From Squalus acanthias (taxonomy: Eukaryota), in assembly GCA_030390025.1 (NCBI GenBank), contig CM059438.1, forward strand, positions 55,988,001-56,052,000: 64,000 nucleotides of DNA, read 5' to 3'. The stretch's first letter is position 1. Each line of letters opens with the position of its first letter. A program made the translations under genes and the position numbers. A model generated the notes under the pieces. It made no database searches, was not told where the DNA came from, and was given only the letters and a program-made list of their open reading frames with translations. Of this stretch, positions 1-14,420 are shown one piece after another.

Positions 1-3000
1 CAGAGACACTGCACCAGACACAGAGACACTGCACCAGACACAGAGACACTGCACCAGACACAGAGACACTGCACCAGACACAGAGACACTGCACCAGACA
101 CAGAGAAACTGCACCAGACACAGAGACACTGCACCAGACACAGAGACAATGCACCAGACACAGAGACACTGCACCAGACACAGAGACACTGCACCAGACA
201 CAGAGACACTGCACCAGACACAGAGAAACTGCACCAGACACAGAGACACTGCACCAGACACAGAGACACTGCAACAGACACAGAGAAACTGCACCAGACA
301 CAGAGACACTGCACCAGACACAGAGACACTGCACCAGACACAGAGACACTGCACCAGACACAGAGACACTGCACCATACACAGAGAAACTGCACGAGACA
401 CAGAGACACTGCACCAGACACAGAGAGACATTGCACCAGACACAGAAAGAGACGCTGCACCAGACACAGAGAAACTGCACCAGAAACAGAGACACTGCAC
501 CAGACACAGAGACACCGCACCAGACACAGAGACACCGCACCAGACACAGAAAAACTGCACCAGACACAGAGAGACACTGCACCAGACACCGAGACACTCC
601 ACCAGACACAGAGTGACACTGCACCAGACAGAGAGACACTGCACCAGACACAGAGACACTGCACCAGACACAGAGACACAGCACCAGACACAGAGACACT
701 GCACCAGACACAGAGAAACTGCACCAGACACAGAGACACTGCACCAGACACAGAGACACTGCACCAGACACAGAGACACTGCACCAGACATAGAAAAACT
801 GCACCAGACACAGAGAGACACTGCACCAGACACAGCGACACTGCACCAGACACAGAGACACAGCATCAGACACAGAGACACTGCACCAGACACAGAAACT
901 GCACCAGACACAGAGACACTGCACCAGACACAGAGACACTGCACCAGACACAGAGACGCTGCACCAGACACAGAGACACTGCACCAGACACACAGAGACA
1001 CTGCACCAGACACAGAGACAGTGCACCAGACACAGAGAGACTGCACCAGACACAGAGACACAGCACCAGACACAGAGACACTGCACCAGACACAGGCACA
1101 CTGCACCAGACACAGAGACACTGCACCAGACACAGAGAGACACTGCACCAGACACAGAGACACTGCACCAGACACAGAGAGACACTGCACCAGACACAGA
1201 AAGAGACACTGCACCAGACACTGAGACACTGCACCAGACGCAGTGACACAGCATCAGACACAGAGACACTGCACCAGACACAGAAAGAGACACTGCACCA
1301 GACACAGAGACACTGCACCAGACACAGAGACACTGCACCAGACACAGAGACACTGCACCAGACACAGAGAGACACTGCACCAGACACAGAGACACTGCAC
1401 CAGACACAGAGACACAGCACCAGACACAGAGACACTGCACCAGACACAGAGACACTGCACCAGACACAGAGACACTGCACCAGACACAGATAGATACTGC
1501 ACCAGACACAGAGACACTGCACCAGACACAGAGACACAGCACCAGACACAGAGACACTGCACCAGACACAGAGACACTGCACCAGACACAGAGACACTGC
1601 ACCAGACACAGATAGATACTGCACCAGACACAGAGACACTGCACCAGACACAGAGACACTGCACCAGACACAGAGACACTGCACCAGACACAGAGACACT
1701 GCACCAGACACTGAGACACTGCACCAGACACAGAGACACTGCACCAGACACAGAGACACTGCACCAGACACAGAGACACTGCACCAGACACAGAGACACT
1801 GCACCAGACACAGAGACACTGCACCAGACACAGAGACACTGCACCAGACACAGAGACACTGCAGCAGACACAGAGAGACACTGCACCAGACACAGAGACA
1901 CTGCACCAGACAGAGAGAGAGAGACACTGCAGTGACACAGAGACACTGCACCAGACAGAGAGAGAGAGACACTGCACCAGACACAGAGACACTGCACCAG
2001 ACACAGAGACACTGCAAAAAGACACAGAGACACTGCACCAGACACAGAGAGAGAAACACTGCACCAGACACAGAGACACTGCACCAGACACAGAGACACT
2101 GCACCAGTCACGGATAGATACTGCACCAGACACAGAGACACTGCACCAGACACAGAGACACTGCACCAGACACAGAGACACTGCACCAGACACAGAGACA
2201 CTGCACCAGGCACAGAGAGACACTGCACCAGACACAGAGACACTGCACCAGACACAAAGAGACACTGCACCAGACACAGAGACACTGCACCAGACACAGA
2301 GACACTGCACCAGGCACAGAGAGACACTGCACCAGACACAGAGACACTGCACCAGACAGAGAGAGAGACACTGCACCAGACACAGATAGACACTGCACCA
2401 GACACAGACACACTGCACCAGACACAGAGAGACACTGCACCAGACACAGGACACTGCACCAGACACAGACACACTGCACCAGACACAGAGAGACACTGCA
2501 CCAGACACAGAGACACTGCACCAGACACAGAGACACATCATCCGACACAGAGACACTGCACCAGACACAGACACACTGCACCAGACACAGAGAGACACTG
2601 CACCAGACACAGACACTGCACCAGACACAGAGAGACTGCACCAGACACAGAGACACTGCAACAGACACAGAGACACTGCACCAGACACAGAGAGACACTG
2701 CACCAGACACAGATAGACACTGCACCAGACACAGAGACACATCATCCGACACAGAGACACAGCACCAGACACAGAGACACTGCACCAGATACAGAGACAC
2801 TGCACCAGACATAGAGAGAGAGACTGCACCAGACACAGAGACACTTCACCAGACACAGAGACACTGCGCCAGACACAGAGACACTGCACCAGACACAGAG
2901 ACACAGCATCAGACACAGAGACACTGCACCAGACACAGAAAGAGACACTGCACCAGACACAGAGACACTGCACCAGACACACAGACACTGCACCAGACAC

Positions 3001-6000
3001 AGAGACACTGCACCAGACACAGAGAGATACTGCACCAGACACAGAGAGACACTGCACCAGACACAGAGACACTGCACCAGACACAGAGACACTGCACCAG
3101 ACACAGAGACACTGCACCAGACACTGAGACACTGCACCAGACACAGAGAGACACTGCACCAGACACAGAGACACTACACCAGACACAGAGACACTGCACC
3201 AGACACAGAGACACTACACCAGACACAGAGACACTGCACCAGACACAGAGACACTGCACCAGACACTGATAGACTTTGCACCAGACACAGAGACACTGCA
3301 CCAGAGACAGAGACACTGCACCAGACACAGAGACACTGCACCAGACACAGAGACACTGCACCAGACACAGAGAAACTGCACGAGACACAGAGACACTGCA
3401 CCAGACACAGAGAGACATTGCACCAGACACAGAGACGCTGCACCAGACACAGAGAAACTGCACCAGAAACAGAGACACTGCACCAGACACAGAGACACCG
3501 CACCAGACACAGAGACACCGCACCAGACACAGAAAAACTGCACCAGACACAGAGAGACACTGCACCAGACACCGAGACACTCCACCAGACACAGAGTGAC
3601 ACTGCACCAGACAGAGAGACACTGCACCAGACACAGAGACACTGCACCAGACACAGAGACACAGCACCAGACACAGAGACACTGCACCAGACACAGAGAA
3701 ACTGCACCAGACACAGAGACACTGCACCAGACACAGAGACACTGCACCAGACACAGAGACACTGCACCAGACATAGAAAAACTGCACCAGACACAGAGAG
3801 ACACTGCACCAGACACAGCGACACTGCACCAGACACAGAGACACAGCATCAGACACAGAGACACTGCACCAGACACAGAAACTGCACCAGACACAGAGAC
3901 ACTGCACCAGACACAGAGACACTGCACCAGACACAGAGACGCTGCACCAGACACAGAGACACTGCACCAGACACACAGAGACACTGCACCAGACACAGAG
4001 ACAGTGCACCAGACACAGAGAGACTGCACCAGACACAGAGACACAGCACCAGACACAGAGACACTGCACCAGACACAGGCACACTGCACCAGACACAGAG
4101 ACACTGCACCAGACACAGAGACACCGCACCAGACACAGAGACACCGCACCAGACACAGAAAAACTGCACCAGACACAGAGAGACACTGCACCAGACACCG
4201 AGACACTCCACCAGACACAGAGTGACACTGCACCAGACAGAGAGACACTGCACCAGACACAGAGACACTGCACCAGACACAGAGACACAGCACCAGACAC
4301 AGAGACACTGCACCAGACACAGAGAAACTGCACCAGACACAGAGACACTGCACCAGACACAGAGACACTGCACCAGACACAGAGACACTGCACCAGACAT
4401 AGAAAAACTGCACCAGACACAGAGAGACACTGCACCAGACACAGCGACACTGCACCAGACACAGAGACACAGCATCAGACACAGAGACACTGCACCAGAC
4501 ACAGAAACTGCACCAGACACAGAGACACTGCACCAGACACAGAGACACTGCACCAGACACAGAGACGCTGCACCAGACACAGAGACACTGCACCAGACAC
4601 ACAGAGACACTGCACCAGACACAGAGACAGTGCACCAGACACAGAGAGACTGCACCAGACACAGAGACACAGCACCAGACACAGAGACACTGCACCAGAC
4701 ACAGGCACACTGCACCAGACACAGAGACACTGCACCAGACACAGAGAGACACTGCACCAGACACAGAGACACTGCACCAGACACAGAGAGACACTGCACC
4801 AGACACAGAAAGAGACACTGCACCAGACACTGAGACACTGCACCAGACGCAGTGACACAGCATCAGACACAGAGACACTGCACCAGACACAGAAAGAGAC
4901 ACTGCACCAGACACAGAGACACTGCACCAGACACAGAGACACTGCACCAGACACAGAGACACTGCACCAGACACAGAGAGACACTGCACCAGACACAGAG
5001 ACACTGCACCAGACACAGAGACACAGCACCAGACACAGAGACACTGCACCAGACACAGAGACACTGCACCAGACACAGAGACACTGCACCAGACACAGAT
5101 AGATACTGCACCAGACACAGAGACACTGCACCAGACACAGAGACACAGCACCAGACACAGAGACACTGCACCAGACACAGAGACACTGCACCAGACACAG
5201 AGACACTGCACCAGACACAGATAGATACTGCACCAGACACAGAGACACTGCACCAGACACAGAGACACTGCACCAGACACAGAGACACTGCACCAGACAC
5301 AGAGACACTGCACCAGACACTGAGACACTGCACCAGACACAGAGACACTGCACCAGACACAGAGACACTGCACCAGACACAGAGACACTGCACCAGACAC
5401 AGAGACACTGCACCAGACACAGAGACACTGCACCAGACACAGAGACACTGCACCAGACACAGAGACACTGCAGCAGACACAGAGAGACACTGCACCAGAC
5501 ACAGAGACACTGCACCAGACAGAGAGAGAGAGACACTGCACCAGACACAGAGACACTGCACCAGACAGAGAGAGAGAGACACTGCACCAGACACAGAGAC
5601 ACTGCACCAGACACAGAGACACTGCAAAAAGACACAGAGACACTGCACCAGACACAGAGAGAGAAACACTGCACCAGACACAGAGACACTGCACCAGACA
5701 CAGAGACACTGCACCAGTCACGGATAGATACTGCACCAGACACAGAGACACTGCACCAGACACAGAGACACTGCACCAGACACAGAGACACTGCACCAGA
5801 CACAGAGACACTGCACCAGGCACAGAGAGACACTGCACCAGACACAGAGACACTGCACCAGACACAAAGAGACACTGCACCAGACACAGAGACACTGCAC
5901 CAGACACAGAGACACTGCACCAGGCACAGAGAGACACTGCACCAGACACAGAGACACTGCACCAGACACAGAGAGAGACACTGCACCAGACACAGATAGA

Positions 6001-9000
6001 CACTGCACCAGACACAGACACACTGCACCAGACACAGAGAGACACTGCACCAGACACAGACACTGCACCAGACACAGACACACTGCACCAGACACAGAGA
6101 GACACTGCACCAGACACAGAGACACTGCACCAGACACAGAGACACATCATCCGACACAGAGACACTGCACCAGACACAGACACACTGCACCAGACACAGA
6201 GAGACACTGCACCAGACACAGACACTGCACCAGACACAGAGAGACTGCACCAGACACAGAGACACTGCAACAGACACAGAGACACTGCACCAGACACAGA
6301 GAGACACTGCACCAGACACAGATAGACACTGCACCAGACACAGAGACACATCATCCGACACAGAGACACAGCACCAGACACAGAGACACTGCACCAGATA
6401 CAGAGACACTGCACCAGACATAGAGAGAGAGACTGCACCAGACACAGAGACACTTCACCAGACACAGAGACACTGCGCCAGACACAGAGACACTGCACCA
6501 GACACAGAGACACAGCATCAGACACAGAGACACTGCACCAGACACAGAAAGAGACACTGCACCAGACACAGAGACACTGCACCAGACACACAGACACTGC
6601 ACCAGACACAGAGACACTGCACCAGACACAGAGAGATACTGCACCAGACACAGAGAGACACTGCACCAGACACAGAGACACTGCACCAGACACAGAGACA
6701 CTGCACCAGACACAGAGACACTGCACCAGACACTGAGACACTGCACCAGACACAGAGAGACACTGCACCAGACACAGAGACACTACACCAGACACAGAGA
6801 CACTGCACCAGACACAGAGACACTACACCAGACACAGAGACACTGCACCAGAACACAGAGACACTGCACCAGACACTGATAGACTTTGCACCAGACACAG
6901 AGACACTGCACCAGAGACAGAGACACTGCACCAGACACAGAGACACTGCACCAGACACAGAGACACTGCACCAGACACAGAGAACTGCACGAGACACAGA
7001 GACACTGCACCAGACACAGAGAGACATTGCACCAGACACAGAGACGCTGCACCAGACACAGAGAAACCTGCACCAGAAACAGAGACACTGCACCAGACAC
7101 AGAGACACTGCACCAGACACAGAGACGCTGCACCCAGACACAGAGACACTGCACCAGACACACAGAGACACTGCACCAGACACAGAGACAGTGCACCAGA
7201 CACAGAGAGACTGCACCAGACACAGAGACACAGCACCAGACACAGAGACACTGCACCAGACACAGGCACACTGCACCAGACACAGAGACACTGCACCAGA
7301 CACAGAGACACCGCACCAGACACAGAGACACCGCACCAGACACAGAAAAACTGCACCAGACACAGAGAGACACTGCACCAGACACCGAGACACTCCACCA
7401 GACACAGAGTGACACTGCACCAGACAGAGAGACACTGCACCAGACACAGAGACACTGCACCAGACACAGAGACACAGCACCAGACACAGAGACACTGCAC
7501 CAGACACAGAGAAACTGCACCAGACACAGAGACACTGCACCAGACACAGAGACACTGCACCAGACACAGAGACACTGCACCAGACATAGAAAAACTGCAC
7601 CAGACACAGAGAGACACTGCACCAGACACAGCGACACTGCACCAGACACAGAGACACAGCATCAGACACAGAGACACTGCACCAGACACAGAAACTGCAC
7701 CAGACACAGAGACACTGCACCAGACACAGAGACACTGCACCAGACACAGAGACGCTGCACCAGACACAGAGACACTGCACCAGACACACAGAGACACTGC
7801 ACCAGACACAGAGACAGTGCACCAGACACAGAGAGACTGCACCAGACACAGAGACACAGCACCAGACACAGAGACACTGCACCAGACACAGGCACACTGC
7901 ACCAGACACAGAGACACTGCACCAGACACAGAGAGACACTGCACCAGACACAGAGACACTGCACCAGACACAGAGAGACACTGCACCAGACACAGAAAGA
8001 GACACTGCACCAGACACTGAGACACTGCACCAGACGCAGTGACACAGCATCAGACACAGAGACACTGCACCAGACACAGAAAGAGACACTGCACCAGACA
8101 CAGAGACACTGCACCAGACACAGAGACACTGCACCAGACACAGAGACACTGCACCAGACACAGAGAGACACTGCACCAGACACAGAGACACTGCACCAGA
8201 CACAGAGACACAGCACCAGACACAGAGACACTGCACCAGACACAGAGACACTGCACCAGACATGCAGAGACGCTGCACCAGACACAGATAGACACTGCAC
8301 CAGACACAGAGACACTGCACCAGACACAGAGACACTGCACCAGACACAGAGACACTGCACCAGACACTGAGACACTGCACCAGACACAGAGACACTGCAC
8401 CAGACACAGATAGATACTGCACCAGACACAGAGACACTGCACCAGACACAGAGACACTGCACCAGACACAGAGACACTGCACCAGACACAGAGACACTGC
8501 ACCAGACACTGAGACACTGCACCAGACACAGAGACACTGCACCAGACACAGAGACACTGCACCAGACACAGAGACACTGCACCAGACACAGAGACACTGC
8601 ACCAGACACAGAGACACTGCACCAGACACAGAGACACTGCACCAGACACAGAGACACTGCACCAGACACAGAGAGACACTGCACCAGACACAGAGACACT
8701 GCACCAGACAGAGAGAGAGAGACACTGCACCAGACACAGAGACACTGCACCAGACAGAGAGAGAGAGACACTGCACCAGACACAGAGACACTGCACCAGA
8801 CACAGAGACACTGCAAAAGACACAGAGACACTGCACCAGACACAGAGAGAGAACACTGCACCAGACACAGAGACACTGCACCAGACACAGAGACACTGCA
8901 CCAGACACGGATAGATACTGCACCAGACACAGAGACACTGCACCAGACACAGAGACACTGCACCAGACACAGAGACACTGCACCAGACACAGAGACACTG

Positions 9001-11294
9001 CACCAGACACAGAGGACACTGCACCAGACACAGAGACACTGCACCAGACACAGAGAGACACTGCACCAGACACAGAGACACTGCACCAGACACAGAGACA
9101 CTGCACCAGGCACAGAGAGACACTGCACCAGACACAGAGACACTGCACCAGACACAGAGAGACACTGCACCAGACACAGAGACACTGCACCAGACACAGA
9201 TAGACACTGCACCAGACACAGAGAGAGACACTGCACCAGACACAGGGACACTGCACCAGACACAGAGACACTGCACCAGACACAGACACACTGCACCAGA
9301 CACAGAGAGACACTGCACCAGACACAGACACTGCACCAGACACAGAGAGACTGCACCAGACACAGAGACACTGCAACAGACACAGAGACACTGCACCAGA
9401 CACAGAGAGACACTGCACCAGACACAGATAGACACTGCACCAGACACAGAGACACATCATCCGACACAGAGACACAGCACCAGACACAGAGACACTGCAC
9501 CAGATACAGAGACACTGCACCAGACATAGAGAGAGAGACTGCACCAGACACAGAGACACTTCACCAGACACAGAGACACTGCACCAGACACAGAGACACT
9601 GCACCAGACACAGAGACACTGCACCAGACACAGAGGCACTGCACCAGACACAGAGACACAGCATCAGACAGAGAGACACTGCACCAGACACAGAAAGAGA
9701 CACTGCACCAGACACAGAGACACTGCACCAGACACAGAGACACAGCATCAGACACAGAGACACTGCACCAGACACAGAAAGAGACACTGCACCAGACACA
9801 GAGACACTGCACCAGACACACAGACACTGCACCAGACACAGAGACACTGCACCAGACACAGAGAGATACTGTACCAGACACAGAGAGACACTGCACCAGA
9901 CACAGAGACACTGCACCAGACACAGAGACACTGCACCAGACACAGAGACACTGCACCAGACACTGAGACACTGCACCAGACACAGAGAGACACTGCACCA
10001 GACACAGAGACACTACACCAGACACAGAGACACTGCACCAGACACAGAGACACTACACCAGACACAGAGACACTGCACCAGACACAGAGACACTGCACCA
10101 GACACTGATAGACTTTGCACCAGACACAGAGACACTGCACCAGAGACAGAGACACTGCACCAGACACAGAGACACTGCACCAGACACAGAGACACTGGAC
10201 CAGACACTGATAGACACTGCACCAGACACAGAGACACTGCACCAGACACAGAGACACTGCACCAGACACAGATAGATACTGCACCAGACACAGAGACACT
10301 GCACCAGTCACAGAGACACTGCACCAGACACAGAGACACTGCACCAGACACAGATAGACACTGCACCAGACACAGAGAGACACTGCACCAGACACAGATA
10401 GACACTGCACCAGACACAGAGACACTGCACCAGACACAGAGACACTGCACCAGACAGAGAGACACTGCACCAGACACAGAGACACTGCACCAGACACAGA
10501 GAGACACTGCACCAGACACAGAGAGACTGCACCAGACACAGAGACACTGCACCAGATACAGAGACACTGCACCAGACACAGAGACACTGCACCAGACACA
10601 GAGTCACTGCATCAGACACTGAGACACTGCACCAGACACAGAGACACTGCACCAGACACAGAGACACTGCACCAGACACGGAGAGACGCTGCACCAGACA
10701 CAGAGACACTGCACCAGACACAGAGACACTGCACCAGACACAGAGACACTGCACCAGACACAGAGACACTGCACCAGACACAGAGACACTGCACCAGACA
10801 CTGAGACACTGCACCAGACACAGAGACACTGCACCAGACACAGAGACACTGCACCAGACACAGAGAGACACTGCACCAGACACAGAGACACTGCACCAGA
10901 CACAGAGACACTGCACCAGACACAGGGACACTGCACCAGACACACAGAGACACTGCACCAGACACAGAGACACTGCACCAGACACAGAGACACTGCACCA
11001 GACACAGAGACACTGTAGCAGACACAGAGACACTGCACCAGACACAGAGACACTGCACCAGACACAGATAGATACTGCACCAGACACAGAGACACTGCAC
11101 CAGACACAGAGGCACTGCACCAGACACAGAGACACTGCACCAGACACAGATAGACACTGCACCAGACACAGAGACACTGCACCAGACACAGAGAGACTGC
11201 ACCAGACACTGAGACACTGCACCAGACACAGAGACACTGCACCAGACACAGAGAGACACTGCACCAGACACAGAGACACTGCACCAGACACAGT
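1..11294. repeat. 20-bp satellite array (CAGAGACACTGCACCAGACA)n with higher-order structure
   Basis: Tandem 20-mer read directly, with +/-2 bp (GA/CA) variants. Rare variant units recur at offsets of 3609, 3187 and 626 bp. Confidence 0.98.
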
Positions 11295-13043
11295 GGGCTG
11301 GATTTTGTCATTGGGGCGGGTTGGGGGCGTGTCAGGTGGTCGGTGTGTCAGGACCCCGCCTCCGATGCGAGGCGGGACAAAAGTGTGATTTTGCCCTAAT
11401 TGGGCACTTGATTTCCAGCGTGTGGGAACCCCTGGCCCAATGAGCCTTTTGATACAGAAACTCGCCTCCGATGACGTCATCTGAGCACCTGGTTTTAAGG
11501 CCTGCAAGCAGCCTTGGTTCTTTTTCAACCTTTCAACTTTATCATCATACTTCTGAGGGATTCCTACTGCAACTATGTCCAGCACCAGTCCAAAGTGTGC
11601 ACCCAGAGTCGATAAGGCCTCCCTCCAAGCTCTGGTGGAGGGAGCAAGAGCAAACAAGGAAGTGCTCTTTCCTTCCTCGGGGAGGAAAAAGCCTCCACAA
11701 CAGACCAAAGCTGTGTGGCTGCAAGTGGCACAGGAGGTGAATGCCTTTCAATGTGCAGCAGAACCTGGCTGCAGTGCAGAAAGAGGTTTTGTGACCTTCT
11801 CCGCACAGGAAAAGTGAGTATTCCATCCCCATGACCCTCAATCTGATCCCCATCACCTCTCATGACCAGCACTCTGCTTTGTCAACCTCCTCCTCCACAT
11901 CCCACTTCACCCTTACATCCCTGCACCCTTACCCATTCCCCCTCTCTCTATGCTCACATTCACTTAACTATTCGACTATGCAGCCCTCACACTCCCTATC
12001 ACTGATGCTATGACAACAACTTACAACACACAGGGAGGGCCCTTGGTCTTGGCACCTCACTCCATCTTTGAGTCCTTCTAAGCATCTATGCTATGGATTC
12101 TCTACACTCACTCCTTCATTCTCACTCAAACTCCACTTGTGTCCCCCATTGCAGGAAAAGAGAGCCCACAATAAGAGGGAGAGGACGAGGACAGGAGGAG
12201 GGCCACCCTCAATAGCCCAGCTCACCACTGCGGAGGAGGCGGCCCTGGAGATCGTGGGAGTGGAGGAGGATGCGCAAGTGGGGGACGGACAGACGGGCGC
12301 ATCAGAGCAAGCAGGTGACAGAATACTTTTTCATCTCTCTCATTGACATTGCATGAGTGACTGATATTGATTCTGATGCTCTAACAGATTGACTTATGAT
12401 CATCTGCATAATTCAATGTGCATGCAACGTTTATCTCACATGTCTAACTCTTTCCTTTACTCCCCCACAGGACCAGCGACAGCCCCCCTCCCTACTGTCC
12501 AGGAGGTTCCCATTCTTCTGGTATATGCCTCAGTTGAGGAAGCGCTCAGTCAAGGTGGGGAGAGGGGTTTCCCAGGAGGTCACACTGGAGATGGGTCTCA
12601 GGCTCCAAACTTCCACAACAATGAGTAGGTCTGCTTAAAGTTCCCCCAGACCTGAGACAACAAAGTTCTGCCACCTGCAAATGATGATTGCTGAAAACTC
12701 CTTTTTAATGGTGGAGCTGCAGCTGTTAGTAAGCCATCCACTTGTGAGGCCGCCAGGATTAACTGGCGTGTTCCAGAGGAGACGTGCAGCATGGGGGAAA
12801 TGTGTTAAATTCAGAAAGGCCTCTCAAAATGGGATTATAGAGACACTTAACCGGTTGTTAAGGGCCTTAAGGGCCTATCCCGTCTCTTGGAGGCGGGATG
12901 GAAACGGGTTCTGAAAGCACGATTCTGGGAAAATTGCTCAGAGGCGGGCTGGAGGTGGGATGGGTGCCACCCGCCATTTTTTGCGATTTTAACACCTCAC
13001 ACACCTCCAAACCCGCCTCCTCGGGCCTGGCAAAATCGAGCCC
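11295..13043 (+). mobile_element. Non-autonomous PIF/Harbinger-like DNA transposon (~1.75 kb) inserted in the satellite
   Basis: TIRs GGGCTGGATTTTGTCA (11295) and TGGCAAAATCGAGCCC (ends 13043) match at 14/16. Flanks AGT/AGA look like an imperfect 3-bp TSD. Contains a Myb/SANT-like gene, the usual second gene of Harbinger elements. Confidence 0.85.
11575..12628 (+). pseudogene. Spliced Myb/SANT-like (NAIF1/MSANTD-type) DNA-binding gene of the Harbinger element. Exons 11575-11813, 12155-12314, 12471-12628; frameshift near 11746-11759
   Basis: Exon 1 reads APRVDKASLQALVEGARANKEVLFP...AVWLQVAQEVNA, then after the shift RTWLQCRKRFCDLLRTGK|gtgagt. Exon 2 reads cag|EKRAHNKRERTRTGGGPP...|gtgaca. Exon 3 follows a pyrimidine tract + cag. 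Intron phases (0, 1) are compatible. Confidence 0.8.
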
Positions 13044-14077
13044 AGAGGGACACTGCACCAGACTCAGAGAGAGAGAGACTGCACCAGACACAGAGACACT
13101 GCACCAGACACAGAGAGAGAGAGACTGCACCAGACATAGAGACACTGCACCAGACACAGAGACACTGCACCAGACACAGAGAGAGAGAGACTGCACCAGA
13201 CACAGAGACACTGCACCAGACACAGAGACACTGCACCAGACACAGAGAGAGAGACACTGCACCAGACACAGAGACACTGCACCAGACACAGAGAGAGAGA
13301 CACTGCACCAGACACAGAGACACTGCACCAGACACAGAGAGAGAGACACTGCACCAGACACAGAGACACTGCACCAGACACAGAGACACTGCACCAGACA
13401 CAGAGACACTGCACCAGACTCAGAGAGAGAGAGACTGCACCAGACACAGAGACACTGCACCAGACACAGAGACACTGCACCAGACACAGAGACACTGCAC
13501 CAGACACAGAGAGACACTGCACCAGACACAGAGACACTGCACCAGACACAGAGAGAGAGACACTGCACCAGACACAGAGACACTGCACCAGACACAGAGA
13601 GACACTGCACCAGACACAGAGACACTGCACCAGACACAGAGAGACACTGCACCAGACACAGAGACACTGCACCAGACACAGAGACACTGCACCAGACACA
13701 GAGACACTGCACCAGACACAGAGAGAGAGACACTGCACCAGACACAGAGACACTGCACCAGACACAGAGACACTGCGCCAGACACGGATAGATACTGCAC
13801 CAGACACAGAGACACTGCACCAGACACAGAGACACTGCACCAGACACAGAGAGAGACACTGCACCAGACACAGAGACACTGCACCAGACACAGAGAGAGA
13901 CACTGCACCAGACACAGAGACACTGTACCAGACACAGAGACACTGCACCAGACACAGAGAGAGAGACTGCACCAGACACAGAGACACTGCACCAGACACA
14001 GAGACACTGCACCAGACACAGAGAGAGACACTGCACCAGACACAGAGACACTGCAACAGACACAGAGACACTGCACC
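13044..14077. repeat. Continuation of the 20-bp satellite, richer in (GA)n-expanded units
   Basis: Same core unit, with frequent GAGAGAGAGA expansions and GACTCAGAGA variants. Confidence 0.97.
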
Positions 14078-14420
14078 ACCCCCACCCCACCCCCACCCAC
14101 CCTGACCCCCACCCCAACCCACCCCCACCCTGACCCCCACCCCACCCTGACCCCCACCCCAACCCACCCCCACCCTGACCCCCACCCCACCCTGACCCCC
14201 ACCCCAACCCAACCCCACCCTGACCCCCACCCCAACCCACCCCCACCCTGACCCCCACCCCACCCTGACCCCCACCCCAACCCACCCCCACCCTGACCCC
14301 CACCCCACCCTGACCCCCACCCCAACCCACCCCCACCCTGACCCCCACCCCACCCTGACCCCCACCCCAACCCACCCCCACCCTGACCCCCACCCCACCC
14401 TGACCCCAACCCCAACCCAC
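14075..14420. repeat. C-rich minisatellite (CCCCACCCCACCCTGACCCCCACCCCAACCCA...), with G-quadruplex potential on the minus strand
   Basis: Tandem C-run units read directly. Confidence 0.93.

Noticed and set aside
149..11708. Very long Cys/Val/Ser-rich and HQTQRHCTRH ORFs (up to 1193 aa)
   Set aside because: These are translations of a stop-poor 20-bp satellite, open in several frames on both strands, with no unique coding content.
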